64,000 nt of DNA from Candidatus Poribacteria bacterium (lineage in GTDB: Bacteria > Poribacteria > WGA-4E > WGA-3G). Made by a program: the position numbers and the translations under genes. This document shows, in pieces, positions 49,053 to 58,569 of this stretch (position 1 is the stretch's first letter; each line of letters opens with the position of its first letter). Location: the NCBI GenBank assembly GCA_963663765.2, contig CAXXUA010000003.1, positions 96,001 through 160,000 on the forward strand. The letters are read 5' to 3'. The notes beneath the pieces were generated by a model, which had not been told where the DNA came from, made no database searches, and saw only the letters and a program-made list of their open reading frames with translations.

Positions 49053-50111
49053 TTAACGGGACCGAATAAAACCAAAAACAGGGATACGGACTGGAACTGA
49101 GGTTAACGAAGTCCTAATGAGAATCTCTTCACGTAAATAGGTAGGTGATTTTAAGACATCCAAAGTAACTTTGAACCGCCTCTCAAAATAGGGAGAATCC
49201 TTTTTCGGTTCTACTGAATCTGAAATATCGGTAACCTGTAGATACTCTTGTACTTCAAGAGTTACTATCTCAAAATCCTTCTTTGCAGAAATCGTGAATT
49301 CCAGATGTGGCACAGTACTTCCACTTACAACACCAAAAGAGAGTGTTTCTGGTTGAACAGATACAGGTCCAACCAGTCGTGCAATAACAGGTAAAGCCAA
49401 TGTCCGATCATTCGGAAAAGCAACAGTGAGAAGCGAAGAAAATGGCATATTCCCAGTAGTGTTTTGCGACTTAACATCAATCAACTTTTCTCTACTCGGA
49501 ACACGCATTCGGATGGTAATAACAAAACAATCCGTCCCCGACTCTGGTGCCAGATCCCAAGTCAACATCGGATTCCCTGTAGGTAATAGATGGATCTCTT
49601 CACGGTTCAACGGAGCATTAACACAGAGTCTAACCCGCTTTTCGTACGCCATATCAGTTTCAACTTCAGCAAAGTCACAAACTTCCGCACTCAATGTAGC
49701 AAACTTCATGCCTGTCGTAATAATTGTCAAATATACCTGAGGAGTCTTAGAACTATCTGTAAAGAAGATTGCAGTCGCCGTGGACTTTTCAGGAGGCACA
49801 TATTGTGGATCGAGGATTACCTTGAACGTTTCTTCTGTTTTAGACTTGATCACATTCGGTCCCTCAATCTCGGCAAAACTACACCCACTCTCTATTCTTT
49901 GAATATAGAGTGTTTCTTTACCAATATTTCGGGCAGTTACTGTCCGATCCACAGCAGCTTCCCATTCAGGAATCATACCAAAGTCAATTTGATTCTGAGA
50001 TAGCACTAACTCACCCGGAAAGTCGCGCTGATTGTTGACTAAAAAGAGAATCAACCCAGATATTAGCAATCCAGGAATAATGATTGTTGTGAGAATCGTG
50101 CGTCTTGACAC
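49053..50111 (-). CDS. DUF1573 (Ig-like repeat) membrane-anchored protein
   Basis: IDFGMI...RNIGKETLYI..IESGCS; V.PETLSFG. Confidence 0.75.
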   Translation of the reverse strand: MSRRTILTTIIIPGLLISGLILFLVNNQRDFPGELVLSQNQIDFGMIPEWEAAVDRTVTARNIGKETLYIQRIESGCSFAEIEGPNVIKSKTEETFKVILDPQYVPPEKSTATAIFFTDSSKTPQVYLTIITTGMKFATLSAEVCDFAEVETDMAYEKRVRLCVNAPLNREEIHLLPTGNPMLTWDLAPESGTDCFVITIRMRVPSREKLIDVKSQNTTGNMPFSSLLTVAFPNDRTLALPVIARLVGPVSVQPETLSFGVVSGSTVPHLEFTISAKKDFEIVTLEVQEYLQVTDISDSVEPKKDSPYFERRFKVTLDVLKSPTYLREEILIRTSLTSVPVRIPVFGFIRSR

Positions 50112-50669
50112 CGCTTTACATCACCTTACTGATTAGGCTATCTTCAAAGTACTATCATTATTGCATTGATATGCAACAGATTATATGCAATCACTACACG
50201 GAAGGAAATACAGTATAATTGACAACTATCACCTTGTCAACTGATATTCTGCAATGACTGATCTTCATACAAAACAAAAAGCACATATTGTGAAAAAATG
50301 CCTACAAAACCCTATAGATTGAAGTTTTTTATCAGTGTTTAGTAACCTATTACACGAAACAACGTTATTATTAGTAAATAACAGAATTCCATAAGTTTTT
50401 TAACATGGAATATTGTGACATTACACGGTTTTAGGCAATTCAAGTGTGTATTGACAACGCTTGAATTATGTAGTATCAATATTAACAGAAACTATATTAC
50501 GTTAAGTTTATTTTGACATTTTTATTTAGGTTAAGATTATCGGGCGTTGAATAGTTTCTATCAAATTTTACTTCAGTCATAGGCAAAAGTTTCCTTATAG
50601 CGGTTCCAATCCTACCGTATGAGTTTTGCACGACTGGATATATACTATTTACCAAAAGGAAGTTGAATC

Positions 50670-50954
50670 ATGGCAAAGAAATTGATGAAAGCAGACATCA
50701 TTGACAGTGTCGCTAAGAAAGCTGATCTCAGCAAGAAAGATGCAGGAGCTGCTGTTGAAGCGTTTACCTCAACAGTCCAAGACGCTTTGAAGAAAGGTAA
50801 TTCCATAGGTCTCATCGGTTTTGGGTCGTTTGAAGTCAGAACCCGAGCTGCCCGCGAAGGTAGAAATCCCCAAACCGGCGAACCCCTTAAAATTCCTAAG
50901 AAAAAGGTCCCAGCATTTAAAGCTGGAAAGAAACTCAGAGACGCTGTCTCCTAA
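50670..50954 (+). CDS. hup: DNA-binding protein HU
   Basis: LIGFGSFEVRTRAAREGRNPQTGE...PAFKAGK. Confidence 0.96.
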   Translation: MAKKLMKADIIDSVAKKADLSKKDAGAAVEAFTSTVQDALKKGNSIGLIGFGSFEVRTRAAREGRNPQTGEPLKIPKKKVPAFKAGKKLRDAVS

Positions 50955-50997
50955 ACTGAGCAGTTCGCCTAAACTGAGTAAACAAGAACGGCATCAG

Positions 50998-51052
50998 AAA
51001 AAGTCGTGGATCACCATAGTTTCTGCACAAGTGGTTCCACGACTTTTTCTTT
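50998..51052 (+). terminator. Hairpin terminator after HU
   Basis: GAAAAAGTCGTGGA...TCCACGACTTTTTC followed by Ts. Confidence 0.7.
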
Positions 51053-51117
51053 TGTTGCAACATAAGTCATCAACAATAAAACTTATGTCACACGTTAACA
51101 TCCCTCCAAATATCAAG

Positions 51118-51299
51118 CAGGACTTACGCAGTTTTCTTGATTTAATCAAGAATTATGATGAAAATGATGTAATTATCAGCATATTAATAGGTTTCCAGCG
51201 CGCTTACAAAGCACCAAATCAACGGTATGAATCATGGAGCATGCCCCACGCGCATGCTTCTTTAGGTATTCCCCGCCTACCGTTTTTGCGTAAGTCCTG
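51118..51299. mobile_element. Miniature element (TIR CAGGACTTACGCA, 5-bp TSD TCAAG) whose REP carries a 60-bp insert
   Basis: TCAAG|CAGGACTTACGCA...TGCGTAAGTCCTG|TCAAG; insert at 51215-51274. Confidence 0.9.
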
Positions 51300-51429
51300 T
51301 CAAGAAAAAGTATTTGAAAATACTCTATGACTATGCTATTATAGATAATATACGACTCCATTAGTCTGTAAGAAATATCTTGGAGTTGGGAAAGGTCAAT
51401 GGTAAAGCGCCAATAGCAGGAGAACATTA

Positions 51430-52482
51430 ATGTTAATCAGAACAAGAGCCCCTGTTCGTATTGATTTCGCAGGGGGTTGGAGTGATGTCGCCCTTTTCAC
51501 AGAAGAATCTAAAGGCCTTGTTGTCAATGGAGCGATCAACAGATATGCTTATGCAACACTTGTCTGTGAAAGCCAAACGGAGTTCCCCGACACCGTCGAA
51601 CTACAAAGAATCTTAGAAAAAAAAATACGTATCTATTCCGCAGATTTTGACACTTTTGTTGAAGCGGAAGATGTACGCCAACTTGAATATGATGGCAACA
51701 TTGATCTCGTAAAAGCCGCTGTCCGACAGATGTCACTTCAATTCGGAAGTTTTGACCTGATTACACAATCCAACGCACCACCGGGAAGCGGACTCGGCAC
51801 ATCCGCTGCGATGGGTGTCACACTCATCGGTGTACTTGGCGCGCTTAAGGACGTAACGTACCTTCCATATCAATACGCCGAACTTGCAAGCAGTATTGAA
51901 CGTCATGAACTCGGCATCCTTGGTGGCAAGCAAGACCATTACGCAAGTGCTGTCGGCGGCATCAACTTTATGGAATTTCAAGACGAAGAGGTAAAAACTT
52001 CATCCATAAAACTACCAGCACACATCCAATATGAACTTGAAAAAAACCTTGTCCTCTGCTATACCGGACAGTCCCGTCTTTCTGGCAATATCCATCAAAA
52101 CGTCACGCAAGCGTATAAAAGTGGTGAACCGAGTGTTAGAAAAGCATTAGAAACCCTCAAAATCATCGCCGAATCAACAAAAACCGCTTTAATTCGCGGA
52201 CGATTAACGGAGTTCGGTGAACTTCTAACTGAAAACTGGAATAATCAGAAAAAACTTCATGAATCTGTAACAAATGAACAGATAGATAAACTATTCAAAA
52301 TCGCATTAGACCACGGAGCGATTGGTGGGAAAGCATGTGGTGCTGGAGGCGGTGGCTGTCTCCTCTTTTACTGCCAACCGACACGCGAACACAATGTCCG
52401 ACAAAAACTGGAAGAAGCAGGTATGCGAATCATTGATTTCAACTTTGATTTCAATGGACTTCAAGTTTGGAGAGCAGAATAG
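51430..52482 (+). CDS. GHMP sugar kinase (HddA-like heptose-7-phosphate kinase)
   Basis: RAPVRIDFAGGWSD, PPGSGLGTSA, GGKQD, GAGGGG. Confidence 0.88.
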   Translation: MLIRTRAPVRIDFAGGWSDVALFTEESKGLVVNGAINRYAYATLVCESQTEFPDTVELQRILEKKIRIYSADFDTFVEAEDVRQLEYDGNIDLVKAAVRQMSLQFGSFDLITQSNAPPGSGLGTSAAMGVTLIGVLGALKDVTYLPYQYAELASSIERHELGILGGKQDHYASAVGGINFMEFQDEEVKTSSIKLPAHIQYELEKNLVLCYTGQSRLSGNIHQNVTQAYKSGEPSVRKALETLKIIAESTKTALIRGRLTEFGELLTENWNNQKKLHESVTNEQIDKLFKIALDHGAIGGKACGAGGGGCLLFYCQPTREHNVRQKLEEAGMRIIDFNFDFNGLQVWRAE

Positions 52483-52589
52483 TAATTACACCTTCAGGCA
52501 AGCCGCAATCTGCAAAATTATTCTGTTTTCACCGAGTGCTAATTTACTCAAAAACAAACATCATAGACTGAAATGCTAACACAATTTCT

Positions 52590-53618
52590 ATGGAAGGAAT
52601 ATTGATGGAAAACGACCACATTGAAACTGATTTAGAAGCCGCCGAGTTCTTAAAATCCGCTCGGGAAAAGATATTGACCGAACTAAAAAAACGTATTGTT
52701 GGTCAAAGCAATGTTATTGACCAACTCCTTATCGCACTATTCTCACAAGGACACTGCCTTCTCGTAGGCGTGCCAGGATTGGCAAAAACCTTACTTATCA
52801 GCACTTTCGCCAATATTCTGGAACTCCCCTTCAATCGCATTCAGTTCACACCTGATTTGATGCCTTCGGACATAATCGGAACAGATATTATTGAAGAAGA
52901 AGTGAATACCGGTAAGCGCGCATTCCGTTTTATCAAAGGTCCCGTTTTTGCTAACATCGTTCTTGCTGATGAAATCAACCGCACACCACCGAAAACACAA
53001 GCTGCGCTTTTGCAGGCGATGCAGGAATATAAGGTGACGGCAGGTGGCAATACTTATGCATTAGAACTACCGTTTTTTGTCTTAGCCACACAGAACCCAA
53101 TTGAACAGGAAGGCACATATCCGCTACCGGAAGCACAACTTGATCGCTTTATGTTCAATATCTACATCGACTATCCCAACAAAGCTGAGGAGAAAGAAAT
53201 TGTTATGACGACTACCTCCGCTTATGAACCCGACATACAATCGGTCATCACGGGTGAACAGGTATTACGATTACAGCAGATAGTGCGCAAAGTTCCTATT
53301 GCTGAGGCGATGGTAGATTATGCGGTAGAATTGAGTTTGAATACGCGTCCAACACATCCCGATGCCCACGACTTCATCAAAGATTGGGTCAATTGGGGGG
53401 CAGGACCGCGAGCATCGCAATATCTGGTTTTGGGTGCAAAGGCACGCGCAATCATGCACGGACGCTATCATGTCAGTTATGAGGACATTAGAGCCGTCGC
53501 AAAACCGGTTCTACGCCACCGAATCTTGACAAACTTCAATGCTGAAGCGGATGGCATCACCAGTCTTGACATTATCTCGCAGCTGCTGGACAAAGTTGAA
53601 CCGCCAGAGATAAACTGA
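52590..53618 (+). CDS. MoxR family AAA+ ATPase
   Basis: GVPGLAKT, RIQFTPDLMPSD, LADEINRTPPKTQAALL, YPLPEAQLDRF. Confidence 0.95.
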   Translation: MEGILMENDHIETDLEAAEFLKSAREKILTELKKRIVGQSNVIDQLLIALFSQGHCLLVGVPGLAKTLLISTFANILELPFNRIQFTPDLMPSDIIGTDIIEEEVNTGKRAFRFIKGPVFANIVLADEINRTPPKTQAALLQAMQEYKVTAGGNTYALELPFFVLATQNPIEQEGTYPLPEAQLDRFMFNIYIDYPNKAEEKEIVMTTTSAYEPDIQSVITGEQVLRLQQIVRKVPIAEAMVDYAVELSLNTRPTHPDAHDFIKDWVNWGAGPRASQYLVLGAKARAIMHGRYHVSYEDIRAVAKPVLRHRILTNFNAEADGITSLDIISQLLDKVEPPEIN

Positions 53619-53672
53619 TTTTACACGCAACGTCTTGTTAGACTTCAGTAATCATAGGTGTAATACGGTACA

Positions 53673-53942
53673 ATGAAAGCAAAAGATACTTCCAATACAC
53701 GCGACCAGAACCCCTATAAAATGGATAAAACCGCATTTTCTGTCACAACGCTTTTTGAAAAATCTGCTGACAAGGAATATTGGAAATCCAAAACACCACA
53801 GGAACGTATGGAAGCCCTTGAATTGATGCGGCAGATCAACTATGGCTACGATCCAACTACCGCCCGACTTCGAAGAGTTCTTGAAATTGTTGAACTCCCA
53901 TCAGATTATATGAGGCAGGAAAATGGAAGAAAGACAATATAA
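53673..53942 (+). CDS. Small hypothetical protein (antitoxin-like)
   Basis: DKEYWKSKTPQERMEALELMRQ...RLRRVLEI pattern. Confidence 0.65.
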   Translation: MKAKDTSNTRDQNPYKMDKTAFSVTTLFEKSADKEYWKSKTPQERMEALELMRQINYGYDPTTARLRRVLEIVELPSDYMRQENGRKTI

Positions 53943-54513
53943 TCAAACCAGAACGAAATTGCCATCCGCACAACAGACACTCCGAACTGCCGAAGACCTT
54001 AGGAAACAAGCAGATGATGGCTATCGGTATGAATTGGTGAAAGGAATAATACATAGAATGCCACCTGCTGGATTTGAACATGGAATACGTACTGCTGAAA
54101 TTGGGAGCCTTTTAAACGTACATGTAAAAAAACATAAATTGGGATTCGTTTGTGGTGCTGAAACAGGATTCAAAATCACACAAAATCCAGATACTGTCCT
54201 TGCTCCTGACGCAGCGTTTGTTCGTCAAGCTGCAATTGAGGAACAAGGCATTCCGAAAGGCTATTGGGAAGGTGCACCTGATCTTGCTGTTGAGGTTATT
54301 TCCCCAAGCGATACTTACGCAGCCGTTGAAGAAAAAGTGGATGAATGGTTGATGGCAGGTTGTGCAATGGTGTGGGTAATAAATCCTCGTAGAGAGACTG
54401 TGGAAGTGTATCGGTCACCTGAAGATATTACCATTTTGCATGGGGATGACATGCTTGATGGTGAAGATGTCATTGCAGGATTTCAGTGTCAAGTGAAAGC
54501 GTTATTTGTGTGA
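53923..54513 (+). CDS. Uma2 family endonuclease
   Basis: RYELVKG, APDAAFV, PDLAVEVISPSD, VWVINP. Confidence 0.93.
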   Translation: MEERQYNQTRTKLPSAQQTLRTAEDLRKQADDGYRYELVKGIIHRMPPAGFEHGIRTAEIGSLLNVHVKKHKLGFVCGAETGFKITQNPDTVLAPDAAFVRQAAIEEQGIPKGYWEGAPDLAVEVISPSDTYAAVEEKVDEWLMAGCAMVWVINPRRETVEVYRSPEDITILHGDDMLDGEDVIAGFQCQVKALFV

Positions 54514-54533
54514 GATAGCAGCGTAGGATAGCG

Positions 54534-55925
54534 TTATTCCTGAATTTGCGGTTCATGTGTTTTGTTAGTATCCTGTTCATACTCATCCAGTTTGCGGTAT
54601 AGAGTGCGCACTCCGATATCCAGAATCTTTGCCGCTTCCGTTTTGTTCCCGCCTGTTTCAGTCAGTGTTTTTTCAATGGCTTCCCGTTCAATCTGTGTCA
54701 TCGTCATACCAACCTTGCCGATAGTATCCTCATCATCAATCACTGAAAGATACTCTCCACCCACATTTTTTGTACCTTGCTGATGTCCCATCGGTGTTGT
54801 GATGGGTATAACATCGTCTTGTGTTCGATTTTCAAGTGCCTTTGCAATAGTGGATAACACCTCAAGTGTTTTCCGTAAAACCACGGCTGTATCTTCACTA
54901 TCCGTTATCTGCAACCAACTGGTATCATCTTCAGGAATTAAGGTTGGTATCTCAGTGTGGTAGGTAGTATTTGGTTCAAGCAAACGAACTGCGGAGAGGA
55001 TGAGTCCCAGAATTGTCTTGTAAATAGCAACATTTTCTGATGCTACCGTTCCAGTATTTTGGTTGATGACCTGTATAGATGTCCCCGGTTCGTCAGGAAT
55101 TTTCACAGGATATTGAGGATATTCAGGTTCTGGATGAGTAGAAAAATCTGTGAGTTCAAGTTCCTCTGATGTTGCTAAGATAATAGCGGACTCAACGGTA
55201 TTTTTGAGTTGACGGATATTACCCGGCCAGTCTGCATCTTTGAGATAGTCAAGTGCTTCAGATGTTATTCCGACAACATCTTTGTTGTGTTTTTTGCTTA
55301 ATTCGGTGATGAATGTATCTATAAAAAGTGGGATATCTTCGCGTCTGTCACGTAGGGGTGGAATTTGGATTTGGAAGAGGTTCAATCTGTAGTAAAGGTC
55401 TTGCCGAAATTTATCGTCCTTTACTGATTTCTCAAGATTAACGTTTGTCGCGGCGATAATTCGGACATCAACTTTGACGGTTTTCTCGCCACCGAGTCGG
55501 GTGAATTCTTGTGTTTCTAACACACGCAGAAACTTCACTTGTACTTCGGGGGACATTTCGCCAATTTCGTCAAGGAACAGTGTTCCACCATCAGCAAGTT
55601 CAAATAAGCCGCGCCGTTGGCTTGTCGCACCTGTGAAAGCACCTTTTTCGTGTCCAAAGAGTTCGCTTTGAAGTAGGTCTTGGTAAAATACGCCACAATT
55701 GACGGCTTTGAAGAGTCTATCTTTGCGGGAACTTCTCTCGTGGATTGTCTGTGCAACGACCTCTTTTCCAACACCTGTTTCACCAGTAATGAGTACAGTT
55801 GCATTCGTTGGTGCGACCTGTTCAACTTGATGCCAGACGTTCTGCATCGCTTTGGATTCACCGATAACGGGGAATGCATTGGACTCGGTAAGAGGTGTTG
55901 AGAGGTTCATTTTTCTTCCTCGCAA
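54534..55925 (-). CDS. sigma-54-dependent Fis-family activator lacking an N-terminal sensor domain
   Basis: GETGVGKE, ELFGHEKGAFTGA, LFLDEIGEM, WPGNIRQL, C-terminal GNKTEAAKILDIGVRTLYRKL. Confidence 0.93.
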   Translation of the reverse strand: MRGRKMNLSTPLTESNAFPVIGESKAMQNVWHQVEQVAPTNATVLITGETGVGKEVVAQTIHERSSRKDRLFKAVNCGVFYQDLLQSELFGHEKGAFTGATSQRRGLFELADGGTLFLDEIGEMSPEVQVKFLRVLETQEFTRLGGEKTVKVDVRIIAATNVNLEKSVKDDKFRQDLYYRLNLFQIQIPPLRDRREDIPLFIDTFITELSKKHNKDVVGITSEALDYLKDADWPGNIRQLKNTVESAIILATSEELELTDFSTHPEPEYPQYPVKIPDEPGTSIQVINQNTGTVASENVAIYKTILGLILSAVRLLEPNTTYHTEIPTLIPEDDTSWLQITDSEDTAVVLRKTLEVLSTIAKALENRTQDDVIPITTPMGHQQGTKNVGGEYLSVIDDEDTIGKVGMTMTQIEREAIEKTLTETGGNKTEAAKILDIGVRTLYRKLDEYEQDTNKTHEPQIQE

Positions 55926-55941
55926 ACCAACATATTAGTGG

Positions 55942-56652
55942 TTAACTATTATTTAGAACAATCTCAATCAACCGTTGCGGATCCTGCTTGACATCCTCAA
56001 ATATCTGAAAACCATCACGACACGCAGCTTCGCACAGTTTTTTAAACATAAATCCTTTAAGGTTATAACCAGTAGCACCATCAAGTTTGTCTGCGAAATC
56101 ACGTCCAACAAAAACAATATGGATATCTGATAAAAAACCTGAAAATACATACTTCCAACTCGGTGCTGCCAAGAAAATCTGGGTAACTGTATTAGGAATC
56201 TTAAAAGGAAGCTGCAACGCTTGAACGTATTCTTTACCCAATAAAAAGAATACTAATTCATAACCTGCTATTAAGGTTCCTACATTTTCATGAATTTGAA
56301 ACTTATTGCTACGTACTAAAATTTCCTTTTTCTTTACTTTTTGAAATGTAACATCGTAAGGAACAATAACATCATCTTCAGCAAGTAATCCGTACCCATC
56401 AGAAATAATGGACAATTCAATGACATCCGGTCCATAAACATCACGAACTTGTTTCAATCCTTTCATCAGGTACAGGTGTTGTTGTCCTGTGTACATTTCT
56501 GCTGCAGATGCTTCAAAATCTTTCAATTCTGCTGTGCGCTTGCGACGACGTTCAGAGGAAGCAAAATCTTCATACTGGAGTTGGATTGGGGTTTTATATT
56601 TTTTTCTACCTGTGCAAGAGGTAATAACTAATGTTCGCATAAGTACTGCCAC
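55942..56652 (-). CDS. DUF6884 / YaaA-like protein
   Basis: ITSCTGRKK, AAEMYTG, IISDGYGLL, IVPYDVTF. Confidence 0.65.
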   Translation of the reverse strand: MAVLMRTLVITSCTGRKKYKTPIQLQYEDFASSERRRKRTAELKDFEASAAEMYTGQQHLYLMKGLKQVRDVYGPDVIELSIISDGYGLLAEDDVIVPYDVTFQKVKKKEILVRSNKFQIHENVGTLIAGYELVFFLLGKEYVQALQLPFKIPNTVTQIFLAAPSWKYVFSGFLSDIHIVFVGRDFADKLDGATGYNLKGFMFKKLCEAACRDGFQIFEDVKQDPQRLIEIVLNNS

Positions 56653-56654
56653 TA

Positions 56655-57398
56655 CTACTGATTCAGAACAATCTCAATTAACCGTTGCGGATCTTGCTTG
56701 ATATCCTCAAATACCTGAAAACCATCACGACACGCAGCTTCACACAGTCTTCTAATCACAACACCTTTGAGTGCCCAGTTAGTGGTGCGAAGACCTTTCT
56801 GTAAATCCCTGCCGGTTTCAACGACGTGGACGTTCGGTAAATCCTCATTCACTGTTTTTCTTTGGCTTTTTGGGAGAAGAAAAACCGTCGTTACAGCACG
56901 TTCCACCTCAAAAATGCGTTGCAAGGATTCAATATCATCTTGTCGCAATAATGAAATAACAAGGTCGTAACTTTCAAGTAAATCAACTGTGCGTTCAGGA
57001 ACGCCATTCCCACCGAATTCTAACACCTCAAGTTCGTGAAGGGGAGCAGTGTCAAAAGGTACAATCGTATCATTCTCTCCAACCGGAATCATCTTACCAT
57101 CAACACGGCAATAATACCACGGAAAATAAAGGTCAATGGTGTTTTTACCGTATTGTTCGTGTTCACGTAACTGTTTCAGACCTTCCCTCAATTGAATAAA
57201 TAACGGTCCGGTAAACATTTCGGCAGCGGGTAGACGGTAATCTCTATCTTTATCATACCATCCTTCTGCGTTGAAACCGCACAATTCTTTGATACGCGCT
57301 TTAAGACGATCAGATGAACTACAATCTTCACTACTCAAAGGATTGTCAAGCTTATGTTTTTGCCCAGTTGTATAGGAGTTGAAGACCAATACTTTCAT
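56655..57398 (-). CDS. Diverged paralogue of 55942-56652
   Basis: AAEMFTG, IVPFD and near-identical C-terminus LCEAACRDGFQ.FED.KQDPQRLIEIVLN; start set at ATG 57398. Confidence 0.7.
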   Translation of the reverse strand: MKVLVFNSYTTGQKHKLDNPLSSEDCSSSDRLKARIKELCGFNAEGWYDKDRDYRLPAAEMFTGPLFIQLREGLKQLREHEQYGKNTIDLYFPWYYCRVDGKMIPVGENDTIVPFDTAPLHELEVLEFGGNGVPERTVDLLESYDLVISLLRQDDIESLQRIFEVERAVTTVFLLPKSQRKTVNEDLPNVHVVETGRDLQKGLRTTNWALKGVVIRRLCEAACRDGFQVFEDIKQDPQRLIEIVLNQ

Positions 57399-57402
57399 GA
57401 TA

Positions 57403-58569
57403 CTATGCCTTTGCTTGGTGTAGTCTTTGATGCCAAATGTGCAGGATAGGACTTGCGATGAAGACTGAGGAATATGTTCCAATTAACACACCTACAATAA
57501 GAGCTAAAGCAAACGTGTTAATCTCCTCTCCTGAACTGGATAAAGCGAAAATTACAACGACAACAAAAAGCGTTGTAATTGAGGTGATAACGGTTCGGCT
57601 GAGTGATTGATTGATACTACGGTTTAGTACCTCTGTGTATTCAGTTCCGCGCAGAGAAATCCCGTTTTCTCGAATTCGGTCAAATACGACAATTGTGTCG
57701 TTTAGCGAATACCCGATAATTGTGAGAAACGCAGCAACGGTAGGCAAATTAATTTCTTTTGAAAACACAGCAAAAACACCCAATGTGATTAGCACATCGT
57801 GAACAAGTGCTGCAATAGCACCGATGGCAAAACGGAATTCAAACCGCCAAGAAATGTAAATCAACAAAATCGCTATAGACGAAAGTACTGACCAGAGTGC
57901 CGACCATTTTAGATCGCGCCCAACGCTGGGACCGACTTCAGTCACATTTACACTGTCGGAGACTGCTTTCCAACCATCTCCGCCTTCAAGGAGTGCTTCC
58001 GTGAGAATCCCACCGATGCTTGCTTGTATCTGAATAGTTGCATTTTCTGTTAGATCTATCCCGACTTCGTTCGCAAAAGTTACCTGAATTGCAGTACCGT
58101 CTTCAATAGGTGCGACAGTGAGAATCTCATTGCGTTGTTGTAAATCAGCATCAATCAATACAACGGATTCTTCAGGTTTCAACAGATGTGTTTTTTCGGC
58201 TGTGCTGCTTACCTGAACGGTTGTAGCCGTTGCATCTCCAGGGTCTGTCATAATAGGTATATTTACCGACTGTTGTTGAAATTCTGGACGATGTCCCATG
58301 GAGACGAAAGCTTTGTTTTCACTCGGGTCAAGTTGTATTTTGACATCCTCGTAGCCTAATTCAGCTAACTTAGTTTTCAGTTCATCTTCCGTTACTGTCC
58401 TGTCAAAGACTGCTTCAACTTTTACACCGCCACGGAAATCAATACCAAAATTCGGTCCGCCATGAAATACAAGAAAAACGATACCGATTGTTATTAATAC
58501 CGCTGAGAGAAAAAATCCGGTACGGTGTTTATTGATAAAATCAATGTTTGTATTTTTTAGAAATTCCAA
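57403..58569 (-). CDS. secF: Protein translocase subunit SecF
   Basis: GIDFRGG, VGPSVG, LVHD, GYSLNDTIVVFDRIRE. Confidence 0.96.
   Translation of the reverse strand: MEFLKNTNIDFINKHRTGFFLSAVLITIGIVFLVFHGGPNFGIDFRGGVKVEAVFDRTVTEDELKTKLAELGYEDVKIQLDPSENKAFVSMGHRPEFQQQSVNIPIMTDPGDATATTVQVSSTAEKTHLLKPEESVVLIDADLQQRNEILTVAPIEDGTAIQVTFANEVGIDLTENATIQIQASIGGILTEALLEGGDGWKAVSDSVNVTEVGPSVGRDLKWSALWSVLSSIAILLIYISWRFEFRFAIGAIAALVHDVLITLGVFAVFSKEINLPTVAAFLTIIGYSLNDTIVVFDRIRENGISLRGTEYTEVLNRSINQSLSRTVITSITTLFVVVVIFALSSSGEEINTFALALIVGVLIGTYSSVFIASPILHIWHQRLHQAKA

Noticed and set aside
50821-51427. ORFs 50821-51330 and 51176-51427, and likewise 27330-27593
   Set aside because: They overlap HU or the isomerase, a terminator and the CAGGACTTACGCA MITE; their shared peptide comes from the MITE sequence
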